From Burkholderiaceae bacterium (GTDB taxonomy: Bacteria > Pseudomonadota > Gammaproteobacteria > Burkholderiales > Burkholderiaceae_E), in the NCBI GenBank assembly GCA_043757735.1, contig JAYVOV010000314.1:542-64541 (forward strand): a DNA stretch of 64,000 nucleotides, given 5' to 3'. Made by a program: the position numbers and the translations under genes. Below, in pieces: positions 37,117-46,651 of this stretch; the first letter of the stretch is position 1, and each line of letters starts with the position of its first letter. Below the pieces are notes generated by a model. That model was given only the letters and a program-made list of their open reading frames with translations, had not been told where the DNA came from and did not search any database.

Positions 37117-38283
37117 ATGATGAACCCGACACCCACCAACGCGGCGCCGCTGGCCGGCCTGGTCGTGATCGAGCTCGGCCACAGCGTCGCCGCCCCGTTC
37201 GGGGCGCAGGTGCTGGGCGATCTCGGCGCCGAAGTGATCAAGCTGGAGAAGCCCGGCGGCGACGATGCCCGCCAATGGGGGCCGCCCTTCGTCGACGGCG
37301 CGTCGGCGACCTTCCAGTCGCTCAACCGCGGCAAGCGCTCGGTGGTCGGCGACCTGCGTGATCCCGTGTTTCGCGCGCAGCTGCTGCGCCTGATCGACGA
37401 GCGCGCCGATGTGGTGCTGCAGAACATGCGCCCGGGCCAGGTGCTCGAGCTCGGGCTCGATGCCGTCACGCTGCGCCAGCGCAAACCATCGCTCATCTAC
37501 TGCAATCTGGGCGCCTTTGGCGCGGCCGGACCGCTTTCGGATCGACCAGGCTACGACCCGCTGATGCAGGCCTTCAGCGGCATCATGAGCGTCACCGGTG
37601 AAGCCGGCCGCCCGCCGGTCCGGGTCGGGCCGTCGATCGTCGACATGGGATCGGGCATGTGGGCCGCAATGGGCATCGTCTGTGCACTGATGAAACGCCG
37701 CGAGACCGGTGAAGGTTCGGTGGTCGATGTGTCGCTGCTCGAGACCGCCACCAGCTGGATGACCATCCATGCGGCCATGTTCATGGCCAGCGGCACGCCG
37801 CCCGGACGGCACGGCTCCGGCCAGACCGGCATCGTGCCCTACCGCGCCTATCGCACCGCCGATGGCGACCTGGTGGTGGCGGCCGGCAACGACTCGCTGT
37901 TCAGGAAACTGTGCGGCGTGCTCGACGAACCCGGCTGGGCCGACGACCCGCGCTTCATCGACAACCCGAACCGGGTGGCCAACGCCGGCACGCTCTATGG
38001 GCTTCTCGAAGCACGCTTCCTCGAGCGTGGCAGCGCCGACTGGGGCGCGCGGCTCGACGCCGCCGGCGTGCCCTGTGCGCCGGCGCAGGACGTGAGCCAG
38101 ATGCTCGCGCATCCCCAGACCGCAGCACTGGGCATGGTGCAGCCGGTGACGGGCAGCAGCATCCCGCTGATTGGACTGCCGCTGCGCCTCGATGGCGTGC
38201 GTCCTGGCAACCTGCGCGCTTCGCCCAAACTGGGTGAAGCCGACATCGAATCGCTGATCAAACCTTCAGAGCCCCGCGGATGA
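37117..38283 (+). CDS. Class III (CaiB/BaiF) CoA-transferase
   Basis: LAGLVVIELGHSVAAPFGAQVLGDLGAEVIKLEKPGGDDAR, and GYDPLMQAFSGIMSVTG. Confidence 0.85.
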   Translation: MMNPTPTNAAPLAGLVVIELGHSVAAPFGAQVLGDLGAEVIKLEKPGGDDARQWGPPFVDGASATFQSLNRGKRSVVGDLRDPVFRAQLLRLIDERADVVLQNMRPGQVLELGLDAVTLRQRKPSLIYCNLGAFGAAGPLSDRPGYDPLMQAFSGIMSVTGEAGRPPVRVGPSIVDMGSGMWAAMGIVCALMKRRETGEGSVVDVSLLETATSWMTIHAAMFMASGTPPGRHGSGQTGIVPYRAYRTADGDLVVAAGNDSLFRKLCGVLDEPGWADDPRFIDNPNRVANAGTLYGLLEARFLERGSADWGARLDAAGVPCAPAQDVSQMLAHPQTAALGMVQPVTGSSIPLIGLPLRLDGVRPGNLRASPKLGEADIESLIKPSEPRG

Positions 38284-38504
38284 GCCTGCCGGCCTATGAA
38301 ACCCTCGCGCTGTCGCGGGTCGAGTGCCCAGTATCTGTGATTGCCGCGGTCAACGGCCACGCGTATGGGGGCGGCCTCGAGGGCGTGCGCGCTTTCAATG
38401 AGAAGCGCAAGCCGGACTTCAAGGGACGCTCAGTTCAGCCAATGCCGCAGCGCGTTCGACAGGACGCCGCAACGCTCCCGCCAGACACCAAGGAATGCCG
38501 ATGA
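38280..38504 (+). pseudogene. Collapsed enoyl-CoA hydratase relic (74 codons) retaining N-terminal, oxyanion-hole and C-terminal snippets in one frame
   Basis: MSLPAYETLALSR / PVSVIAAVNGHAYGGGLE / GVRAFNEKRKPDFKGR. ATGA overlaps at both ends (38280-38283 and 38501-38504). Confidence 0.55.
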
Positions 38505-39691
38505 CCAAATCCGCCACCGCCCCCGACCTGAACATGCCGCTGGGCGAGGACTACCCTGAAATCCGCGATGGGGTGAGGCGCATCTGCGCCGACTATCCGG
38601 GCGCCTACTGGCGCCAGCTCGACGAAGAACAGGCCTACCCCTCGGCGTTCGTGCAGGCGATGACCGATGCCGGGTTTCTGGCCGCGCTGATCCCGGAGGA
38701 ATACGGCGGCGCCGGACTGCCGCTGCGCGCCGCCGGCGTCATTCTCGAAGAAGTGCACGCCTGCGGTGGCAATGCCTCGGCCACGCACGCGCAGATGTAC
38801 ACGATGGGCACCGTGCTGCGGCACGGCAGCCCGCTGCAAAAGCGCGAGTACCTGCCCGAGATCGCCGCCGGCCGGCTGCGCCTGCAGGCCTTCGGCGTGA
38901 CCGAGCCCACCACTGGCACCGACACCACCAAGCTGAAGACCCGGGCGGTCCGCGAGGGCGACTCCTATGTGGTCGACGGCCAGAAGATCTGGACCTCGCG
39001 CGCCCTGTATTCGGACCTGATGCTGCTGCTGGCCCGCACCACGCCGGTCGATCAGGTCAAGCGCAAGACCGACGGCCTGTCGGTGTTTCTGGTCGACATG
39101 CGGCGCGCGGTCGGCAACGGCATGACCATCCGCCCGATCAAGGCGATGATCAATCACAACACCACCGAGGTGTTCTTCGACAACCTGCGCATCCCGGCCG
39201 CCGGGCTGATCGGCGAAGAGGGCAAGGGCTTCCGGTACATCCTCGACGGCATGAACGCCGAGCGCATCCTGGTCTCGCATGAATCGATCGGTGACGCGAA
39301 GTGGTTCACCCGAACCTCGGTCAAGTACGCCAACGAGCGCCGGGTATTCGACCGCCCGATCGGCCAGAACCAGGGCATCCAGTTCCCGATCGCCAAGGCC
39401 TATGCGCAGGCCGAGGCGGCGGAGCTGATGCTGCGCAAGGCAGCCGCGATGTTCGAAGCCGGCCTGCCTTGCGGCGAACAGGCCAACCTGTCCAAGCTGC
39501 TGAGCGCCGAGGCCGCCTGGGAGGCGGGCGAGGCCTGCATGCAGACCCATGGCGGTTTTGCCTACGCGCGGGAATACGACATCGAACGCAAGTGGCGCGA
39601 AGCGCGGGTGCAGCGCACCGCCCCGGTCTCGACCAACCTGATCCTGGCTTACCTGGCCGAGCATGTGCTCGGGCTGCCGCGGTCTTACTGA
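38501..39691 (+). CDS. Acyl-CoA dehydrogenase
   Basis: AAGGAA Shine-Dalgarno 6 nt before ATG 38501 (alternative ATG at 38495). FGVTEPTTGTDT, QKIWTSRA, and GGFAYAREYDIERKWREARV. Confidence 0.85.
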   Translation: MTKSATAPDLNMPLGEDYPEIRDGVRRICADYPGAYWRQLDEEQAYPSAFVQAMTDAGFLAALIPEEYGGAGLPLRAAGVILEEVHACGGNASATHAQMYTMGTVLRHGSPLQKREYLPEIAAGRLRLQAFGVTEPTTGTDTTKLKTRAVREGDSYVVDGQKIWTSRALYSDLMLLLARTTPVDQVKRKTDGLSVFLVDMRRAVGNGMTIRPIKAMINHNTTEVFFDNLRIPAAGLIGEEGKGFRYILDGMNAERILVSHESIGDAKWFTRTSVKYANERRVFDRPIGQNQGIQFPIAKAYAQAEAAELMLRKAAAMFEAGLPCGEQANLSKLLSAEAAWEAGEACMQTHGGFAYAREYDIERKWREARVQRTAPVSTNLILAYLAEHVLGLPRSY

Positions 39692-39722
39692 ACCCGACTC
39701 ACACTTTCCTGGAGATATCCCC

Positions 39723-40484
39723 ATGCCCGCCCTCCATGCCTTGTGCTGCGGCCGCCTGTCTTTTGATCGCAATGTGTTTTTCCCGGACGCACCAGCCGGC
39801 ACCCAGACCACCGTGCCGGTGCCGGGCTGGCTGATCGTTCATCCCAAAGGCAGGCTGCTCTTCGACACCGGCATCGCGTGCGACGCCGCCAGCGACCCGC
39901 AAGGCAAGCTGGGCAAGCGGATCGCCAGCACCTTCCGGCTGGTCGGCGCCACCAACGAGAACCCGGTGGATCAGCTCGCACTGCTGGGCCTCAAACCGGA
40001 CGACATCACCTATGTGGTGAACTCGCACCTGCATTTCGATCACTGCGGCTGCAACAGCCTGTTTCCGAAAGCCACGTTCCTGGTGCAGCGCGCCGAGATG
40101 CAGGCCGCTCAGGCGCCTGACAGCCGCTACGACGCGCGGCTGTGGAACCACCCGCTGAACTATCAGCTCGTCGATGGCGAACTCGATGTATTCGACGACG
40201 GGTCGGTGCTGCTGATACCGACGCCAGGGCACACCGTGGGCCACCAGTCGCTGGCGGTAAGGGTCGCGCGCGATTCACGCTTCGTGTTGACAGCCGACGC
40301 CTGCTATTCGCGCGAACACATGGAACGCGAACTGCTGCCCAACGTGGTGTTCGACGGCCCGCTGATGCTCGACTCGATGCGCCGGCTGCGCGCGCTGGGC
40401 GAACAGAGCGGCACAACGGTGCTGTACGGTCACGACCCGGCGCAGTTTGCAACGCTCGGGCCGGCCACGCGGGCGCTGGTCTAG
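39723..40484 (+). CDS. MBL-fold hydrolase, N-acyl-homoserine-lactonase-like
   Basis: Starts at ATG 39723. HLHFDHCG (HxHxDH), TPGHTVGH, and a late HD. Confidence 0.7.
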   Translation: MPALHALCCGRLSFDRNVFFPDAPAGTQTTVPVPGWLIVHPKGRLLFDTGIACDAASDPQGKLGKRIASTFRLVGATNENPVDQLALLGLKPDDITYVVNSHLHFDHCGCNSLFPKATFLVQRAEMQAAQAPDSRYDARLWNHPLNYQLVDGELDVFDDGSVLLIPTPGHTVGHQSLAVRVARDSRFVLTADACYSREHMERELLPNVVFDGPLMLDSMRRLRALGEQSGTTVLYGHDPAQFATLGPATRALV

Positions 40485-40586
40485 AACGCGGTCGGAGTTG
40501 AATCCTGCCCGCGCCCTCGTTCACGCCCGACGACGCCCGACGACCCCCGGCGACGCCCGGCATCGGTGACCCGGCCCCGGGCCGAG

Positions 40587-41024
40587 TCAAGGCGTGATGA
40601 CGACCAGCACGCTGCAGGGTGACTGCTCGATCAGGGACTTCGATACCGAGCCGCGCCACCAGCGCTGAGCCAGGCTGCTCTGGTGCTTGTGTCCGACCAC
40701 GATCAGGTCGGCAGGCACCCGCTTCGCGGCGCGCACGATCTCGTCGACCGAACCACCCATGACAACCTCGCCCTGCACGTTCAGGCCGCCTTCGCGCAGG
40801 CGGCGCACACCGGCATCGAGCGTGCTCTGGTAGTGGCTGCGCTCCTGCTCGTCGCTGCGTGTATTGAACTCCCAGGTCTCGCCATCCATCGGTGAGATCG
40901 CCGGCGGCATGACAGCAATCAGGAAGAGCTCGGCCCTGCTCCACTGGCCAAGCTCTTCGCAGTCGAGCAGGGCGCGCTGGCCGGCCTCGGAGCCGTCGTA
41001 AGCCAACAAAATCTTCTTGTACAT
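40587..41024 (-). CDS. Universal stress protein
   Basis: Starts at ATG 41024. MYKKILLAYDGSEAG...ADLIVVGHKHQSSLAQRWWRGSVSKSLIEQSPCSVLVV. Confidence 0.85.
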   Translation of the reverse strand: MYKKILLAYDGSEAGQRALLDCEELGQWSRAELFLIAVMPPAISPMDGETWEFNTRSDEQERSHYQSTLDAGVRRLREGGLNVQGEVVMGGSVDEIVRAAKRVPADLIVVGHKHQSSLAQRWWRGSVSKSLIEQSPCSVLVVITP

Positions 41025-41371
41025 GTCGAGTCTCCTGACGTCAGAACAGTCCTCTGGCCGGTCGCCGGCGGCGCCGGCCGACCCCCTGCGGGCAACCGCT
41101 TCAAGCCCGGTCGAACACGGCCGCAATGCCTTCGCGGCAGTCGGCCGATCGGAACGCTTGATCCCTGCGACCGAACGTGCGCTCCCAAGCATCGACGAGA
41201 GAATAGTCGAAGCTGGGCCTGATGGCTCGCTTTCAGCGGGGAAGCGCTATCGCCGCGCACCAGATCCGGTTGCATGGCTTGGCGGGCCGATCAGACAGGG
41301 GGCAACCGGCGAGTACAGTAGGCGCGGTTGGCGACACCCGCCGCAGCAAAGCACAAAACCGGGGAATCATC

Positions 41372-41971
41372 ATGAATTCATCACCAATCGAATCGCCGCC
41401 GCCGCCGCCGCCGGCTGAAGCGACTACTTCGCCAGGCAAGTCGCCATCGCCTCACGCAGGCAAAGCAGCGCCAGATCACCTGCGATTTCATCGCCGGCAC
41501 GCGCATCTGGCGCCCACCTTCGGCAACGACGCGTTCGCGCTGCGCGCCGAGGCCTTCGCGCGCTTCTTCGGCACGCCGGTGTTTCTCGGCGCGCAGACGC
41601 TCATTGTTCTGGTCTGGATCGCCCTGAACATGCTGGGGTTTGTCGGGTTTGATCCCTATCCGTTCATCCTGCTGAACCTGGCGTTCAGTCTGCAGGCGGC
41701 CTATGCGGCACCGCTGATCCTGCTTGCCCAGACCCGGCAGGCCGCGCGCGACAAGAACCACGCGGACGCCGACGCCCAGCATCGTGAAGCCCTGGCGGTG
41801 GCCAACGAGCAGCGCCAGACACTGGCGGCGCAAAGTTCGGCCCAGATGCTGGAGATGCTGGCGCAAAACACCCGTCTCACCGAACTCACCAAGTCATTGT
41901 CCGAGCGCATCGAAACATTGACCGTCGAGATGCACCGGCAATTCGTCACCCGGAACGCCGCGCCCGACTGA
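41372..41971 (+). CDS. DUF1003-family membrane protein
   Basis: Starts at ATG 41372. FDPYPFILLNLAFSLQAAYAAPLILLAQTRQAARD is the DUF1003 signature. Confidence 0.7.
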   Translation: MNSSPIESPPPPPPAEATTSPGKSPSPHAGKAAPDHLRFHRRHAHLAPTFGNDAFALRAEAFARFFGTPVFLGAQTLIVLVWIALNMLGFVGFDPYPFILLNLAFSLQAAYAAPLILLAQTRQAARDKNHADADAQHREALAVANEQRQTLAAQSSAQMLEMLAQNTRLTELTKSLSERIETLTVEMHRQFVTRNAAPD

Positions 41972-41993
41972 ACCAGTCAGGACGCCGAAGGCT

Positions 41994-44036
41994 TCAGCAA
42001 TCGCCGGCACGGCGCCTGGCGAAGGCCACGAACCAGTCGATGCTGCCCGGATTGGCCATTGAATCGGTATTCACCGATTTGTCGACCGGCTGGCCGAGCA
42101 GTATCCGCCTGATCGGCACCTCCAGCTTCTTGCCGGAAATGGTGCGCGGCACGTCGGGGATCGCGAACACATCGTTGGGCACGTGGCGCGCCGAAAGCTT
42201 CGTGCGGATTGCGTCGAGCAGGGCCTTCCTGAGCGCCGGCGAAACCTCCGCTCCCGGCTCGCGCAGCACCACGAACAAGGCCAGGTACGACTCGCGCCCG
42301 AGGTACTCGAGATCGATGACCAGGGAATCGGTCACCGCGTCGAAGTCTTCGACCACGCGGTACAGCTCGCTCGTGCCCATGCGGATGCCATGGCGGTTGA
42401 TGGTGGCATCGGACCGGCCATAAACAACGCCGGTGACGGATTCCGGGCGCGCGATGAGCTCGAGCCAGTCGCCATGCCGCCAAACATTGGGCGGACCGGG
42501 AAAGGTGTCGAAGTAGCTCTCGAAATAGCGCCGGCCGTCGGGGTCGTTCCAGAAGAACAGCGGCATCGAGGGCATGGGCGTGGTGCAGACCAGTTCGCCC
42601 ACCTGGCCCATCACCGGCCGGCCGTCGTCATCGAAGGCATGCAGCCCGACGCCCAGACCACGGCACTGCATCTCACCGGCACGAATCGGCAGGATCGCGC
42701 ACGACGTGAGGAACGCGGTGCCCGGGTCTGTGCCGCCGGAGATCGACGCCAGCAGCAGATCGTCACCGACATGCCGGTAGATCCACTGGTAGGCCTCCGG
42801 CGTGAGCGGCGCGCCGGTGGCGCCGACGCTGCGGATGCTCGACAGATCGAACTGCGCGCGCGGCGACACGCCGCTCTTCATGCTCAGACCGATGAAAGCC
42901 GGACTCACGCCGAAAAAAGTGGTTCGCTCGCGCTCGGCCAGGCGCCACAAAGTGGTGATGTCGGGATAGCTCGGATTGCCGTCGAACTGGATCGCCGTGC
43001 AGCCCAGCATCAGCGTCGAGATCCAGAGGTTCCACATGACCCAGCTGGTCGACGAAAACCAGAAAAACCGGTCGTCCTCGCACAGATCGAAGTGGCAGAT
43101 GCCCGACTTGAGATTTTCGATGACCGTGCCGCCGTGACCATGCACGATGGGTTTGGGCATGCCGGTCGTGCCCGACGAATAGACGATCCACAAGGGATGT
43201 TCGAAGGGCACCGGCGTGTACGCCGGCGCGACGGCTTGCGCCACCGCCTGGGCATACATGAGCACCGGGACGTGGCGCCCCAGCTGCTCGGGCAGGTCGA
43301 TCGCATCGAGCGCGGCATCTGGATCGAGATACGCCACCAGCACCACCGCCTGCACCGAGGGCAGTTGCGCGACCAGTTCGCGCACGCTGTCGAGGCGATC
43401 GAAGTCCTTGCCGCCATACCGATAGCCATCGACGGCGATCAGCACCTTCGGCTCGATCTGGCGGAACCGGTCGAGCACGCTCGCCGGTCCCATGTCGGGC
43501 GAACTGCTGGACCAGATCGCACCCAGGCTCGTCACCGCCAGCAGCGCGTTCACCGCCTCGGGAATGTTCGGCAGGTAGCCCACCACCCGATCACCCTTGG
43601 CCACCCCGAGGCGCGCGAGCGTGGCGGTGAGTGCGCCGGTCGCGCCGGCCAGTTGCGCCCAGGTGATCTCGGTGCGCGGCCGCAGCTCGGACTGGAAGAT
43701 CAGCGCGCGACGGGTCGACGCATCCGCGCGTCGGGCATGCGCGAGCATGTGCTCGGCATAGTTGAGCGTGGCGCCCGGAAACCATTGCGCATGCGGCATT
43801 TCGCGTTCGCCCAGCACGCGGCTGCAGGGACTGTGTGACTGCACGCCAGAGAAGTCCCAAAAGCTGCCCCAGAAGCCTTCGAGGTCATCGACCGACCATT
43901 GCCAGAGCGCCTCGTAGTTCTCGAAGCGCAGCTGACGGTTGGCTTCAAGCCAGCGCATGAACCGGGTGATGCCGGCTTTCTCGATGCGCGCCGAACTGGG
44001 CTGCCAGAGAGGAACGGGGTGCGTGGGTGCGCTCAT
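41994..44036 (-). CDS. Acetoacetate--CoA ligase (acetoacetyl-CoA synthetase)
   Basis: Starts at ATG 44036. PLWQPS...ITRFMRWLE N-terminus and YSSGTTGMPKPIVH AMP-binding motif. Confidence 0.85.
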   Translation of the reverse strand: MSAPTHPVPLWQPSSARIEKAGITRFMRWLEANRQLRFENYEALWQWSVDDLEGFWGSFWDFSGVQSHSPCSRVLGEREMPHAQWFPGATLNYAEHMLAHARRADASTRRALIFQSELRPRTEITWAQLAGATGALTATLARLGVAKGDRVVGYLPNIPEAVNALLAVTSLGAIWSSSSPDMGPASVLDRFRQIEPKVLIAVDGYRYGGKDFDRLDSVRELVAQLPSVQAVVLVAYLDPDAALDAIDLPEQLGRHVPVLMYAQAVAQAVAPAYTPVPFEHPLWIVYSSGTTGMPKPIVHGHGGTVIENLKSGICHFDLCEDDRFFWFSSTSWVMWNLWISTLMLGCTAIQFDGNPSYPDITTLWRLAERERTTFFGVSPAFIGLSMKSGVSPRAQFDLSSIRSVGATGAPLTPEAYQWIYRHVGDDLLLASISGGTDPGTAFLTSCAILPIRAGEMQCRGLGVGLHAFDDDGRPVMGQVGELVCTTPMPSMPLFFWNDPDGRRYFESYFDTFPGPPNVWRHGDWLELIARPESVTGVVYGRSDATINRHGIRMGTSELYRVVEDFDAVTDSLVIDLEYLGRESYLALFVVLREPGAEVSPALRKALLDAIRTKLSARHVPNDVFAIPDVPRTISGKKLEVPIRRILLGQPVDKSVNTDSMANPGSIDWFVAFARRRAGDC

Positions 44037-44046
44037 GGTCGGTATC

Positions 44047-44991
44047 TCAGTGCTCGTGTTCGTCCAGGACCAGATAGGCCGTTCGGCCCTCGGTCGCCAG
44101 GCCCACCCTGGCACCGTGCGGCAGAGTCAGCTTCGGGCTGTCGTGGCCTGCCGGCAGGCCCGTGATGATGGGTGTGCGCGTCATTTTGCGAAGCCGCCTG
44201 ATCACCACCGGGAGATCAAAGCCGGCGTCGCGCTCGACCAGTCGATAGCGGTTCATATAGCCGATGAGGATCGCCGCCTGCGCGTCGAGCACCCCCGCGT
44301 GCAGCAGCTGCATGAGCATGCGCTCGATCCGGTACGGGTGTTCGCCGACATCCTCGAGAAACAGGATCCCGCCCTTCACCTTGGGGAACCAGGGCGTGCC
44401 GATCAGGCTGCACAGCACGGTGAGATTGCCGCCCCACAAGGTGCCCCGGACATCGACCCCTTGCGGGCCACCGGCGCGAAAGCCGACGATCTCCAGACGC
44501 CCGGCAAGCGCATCGCGCAGGGTCTCGACCGTGGTCTCGTCGGGCGGCGTTCCCGGTGCGGCGGCGAAGTCATCGAGCAGGGCCGGCCCCGACCAGGTGA
44601 TCGCGCGGGCCTGCGCCAGCATCGCGAGCTGAAACGCGGTGAAATCGGAATAACCCACCCAGGCCTTGCGCGAGCGTGCGAGCGCCTTGAAGTCGAGCCC
44701 CGGCAGCAGGCGGGTCAGGCCATACCCCCCTCTGGTGATCATCACCACCGGCGCCGGCTGCGCGGCGGCGCGCTGAAAGGCGGCCAGCCGCTGGCTGTCG
44801 GTGCCGGCGAAACGCTGATGGGTGCGCAACGCGCCTGGATCGAGCACAGGGACAAAACCCGCGGCCCGCAGGTTCTCCAGGCTGAGCGCCAGCGGCGCGT
44901 CGGCCGCCACTGCGCTGGAGGGCGAGATCAGGTAGATCGGCAGGGGTTCATCAGCGGCCGAGGCCACCGATCGGGAGGGCTGTTTCGACAT
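44047..44991 (-). CDS. ldcA: LD-carboxypeptidase (peptidase S66)
   Basis: GYSDFTA nucleophile motif, FLEDVGEHPYRIERML, and GLPAGHD. Confidence 0.75.
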   Translation of the reverse strand: MSKQPSRSVASAADEPLPIYLISPSSAVAADAPLALSLENLRAAGFVPVLDPGALRTHQRFAGTDSQRLAAFQRAAAQPAPVVMITRGGYGLTRLLPGLDFKALARSRKAWVGYSDFTAFQLAMLAQARAITWSGPALLDDFAAAPGTPPDETTVETLRDALAGRLEIVGFRAGGPQGVDVRGTLWGGNLTVLCSLIGTPWFPKVKGGILFLEDVGEHPYRIERMLMQLLHAGVLDAQAAILIGYMNRYRLVERDAGFDLPVVIRRLRKMTRTPIITGLPAGHDSPKLTLPHGARVGLATEGRTAYLVLDEHEH

Positions 44992-45088
44992 GCCGCGAGT
45001 CTGCCACAGGCCCCGCGCGCGGGCAGCCCGCCAATGTCATACTCGCGCCCTGCAGGCAACCAGACGCGGCGATCCCCGGGAGCGAAAC

Positions 45089-45775
45089 ATGAACAGAATC
45101 GGCGACAGCCTGGCAGGCAAGCGTGTGCTCATCACCCTGGCCAATGACTTCATGGGTCCGGTGCTGTGCGAGGCCTTCGCGGCGTACGGCGCGGTGGTCA
45201 TCGCCGACAGCCGCGCCATGGACGGTGGCGCGGCCGCCGAAGCCGCGGTCAAAGCGGCCGGCCGGGTCGATGTGGTGATCGCCAATCTTGGCGTGCCAGC
45301 CCCGTCGACTCGCGCCGCTCAGGTCAGCGACGAGGAGTTCCGGCATGTCTTCGCCCACATTGTCGACCCGCTGCCCGGACTGTGCCGCGGCGCCCTGCCC
45401 CAGATGCTCGAACGCCGGGCTGGCAAGATCGTGGTGATGGGCAGCGCCATCGCCCTGCGCGGTCAGAAGCGCACCTCGACCTACGCCGCGGCGCGCGGCG
45501 CCCAGGCCTCTTATGTTCGCGCAGTGGGCGTCGAAGTGGCGCCGGACAATGTGCAGGTCAATCTGATCGCACAGAATTTCGTCGAGAACCCGATGTACTA
45601 CGGACCCGAGGTCCAGGCCCTGCCGGCGTTCCAGGAACGGCTGCGCCGCGAGGTGCCCGCCAGCCGGCTGGGGACCGCGCAGGAAGACGCGCTGTTCGCG
45701 GTGTTTCTGGCATCGTCCGAGGTCAATTTTTTCGCCGGACAGGCCATCTCTTTTTCAGGCGGCTGGGCCCCCTGA
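45089..45775 (+). CDS. Halohydrin-dehalogenase-like SDR-superfamily protein
   Basis: Starts at ATG 45089. T16-LAND-F-M-G23 (T-x4-F-x-G) replaces the Rossmann glycine motif. S119-x12-Y132-x3-R136 is a Ser-Tyr-Arg triad. By-eye alignment to HheC extends to the C-terminus. Confidence 0.6.
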   Translation: MNRIGDSLAGKRVLITLANDFMGPVLCEAFAAYGAVVIADSRAMDGGAAAEAAVKAAGRVDVVIANLGVPAPSTRAAQVSDEEFRHVFAHIVDPLPGLCRGALPQMLERRAGKIVVMGSAIALRGQKRTSTYAAARGAQASYVRAVGVEVAPDNVQVNLIAQNFVENPMYYGPEVQALPAFQERLRREVPASRLGTAQEDALFAVFLASSEVNFFAGQAISFSGGWAP

Positions 45776-45942
45776 CACATTCCTCGAACGGAGTTCGCTG
45801 TCATGCCCCGTATCCCCTATGTGTCGCAAGACACCCAGGAGCCCGCCGATGTGGTCGCCGCCTGCAACATGACCTCGCGATTCCTGGTCGCCAGAGGCGA
45901 TCGAGCCGGCGTGAGCCACGACAAGCCTGGTGGGCAGCGCTG

Positions 45943-46557
45943 CTACTGGCTGGCCAGCGCCTCGCTGATCCGGCCTTCGAGCAGTGCCGGCGAAACATCG
46001 CCGTCCAGGCGCTGAACGATCATGCCGTTGCGATCGACGAGAATATGCGCGGGCAGGGAATCGATGGGGCCGAGCTGGCGAGCCAGCTCGCCGCGCGCAT
46101 CGAGCGCCGACGGAAACGTCAGGGCGAGCCGCCGGGCGAAGTCGCGCGCCTTGACGGCCGACTGATCCGGTGCAGAAACTGCGATCGCGCGCAGCCCCTG
46201 GTTGTGCAGCTGATGGTGCAATCGCGAAACCATGCTCATCTGCCGATCGCAGGCGGGGCAGTCGGCCCGCCAGAACGACACCAGCAGAACCTGACCCTGA
46301 TACGAGCGCAGCGCGAGCCGCTGGCCATCGAGCGCAACGAAATCGACTGGCGGCGCCGGGCGCGGCTGCACCGCGGGCCGCTCGAGCAGCAGCCAGCTGG
46401 CGAGGCCCATCGTGGCCACCGCGAACGCGGCGAGCGACAACAGGCCGGCGCGCCGCGGGGCTCCACTGTGACGCGGCACATGCGAGCGATTCGCGCCCGA
46501 TTGCGGCGCTTCGCCCGCGTGCGGTGTCAGTTCGGGACGGGTCGATTCGACGATCAT
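45943..46557 (-). CDS. TlpA/ResA-like membrane-anchored thiol-disulfide oxidoreductase
   Basis: Starts at ATG 46557. TM anchor, then LVSFWRADCPACDRQ (CxxC). Confidence 0.75.
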   Translation of the reverse strand: MIVESTRPELTPHAGEAPQSGANRSHVPRHSGAPRRAGLLSLAAFAVATMGLASWLLLERPAVQPRPAPPVDFVALDGQRLALRSYQGQVLLVSFWRADCPACDRQMSMVSRLHHQLHNQGLRAIAVSAPDQSAVKARDFARRLALTFPSALDARGELARQLGPIDSLPAHILVDRNGMIVQRLDGDVSPALLEGRISEALASQ

Positions 46558-46651
46558 GGCGGGCCACCAGCGGAGTGAAAGCGGAGTGTAGTTACTGCCT
46601 GCGGCCATGCCTATCCAACTTAAGTAGCAGATTGTGAAGTCGGTCTGATCG

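Noticed and set aside
45803-45942. ORF start MPRIPYVSQDTQEPADVVAA resembling the N-terminus of carboxymuconolactone-decarboxylase/AhpD-like proteins
   Set aside because: The similarity is limited to about 20 residues. The remainder is not protein-like and runs antisense into the TlpA-like gene. At most it is a relic.
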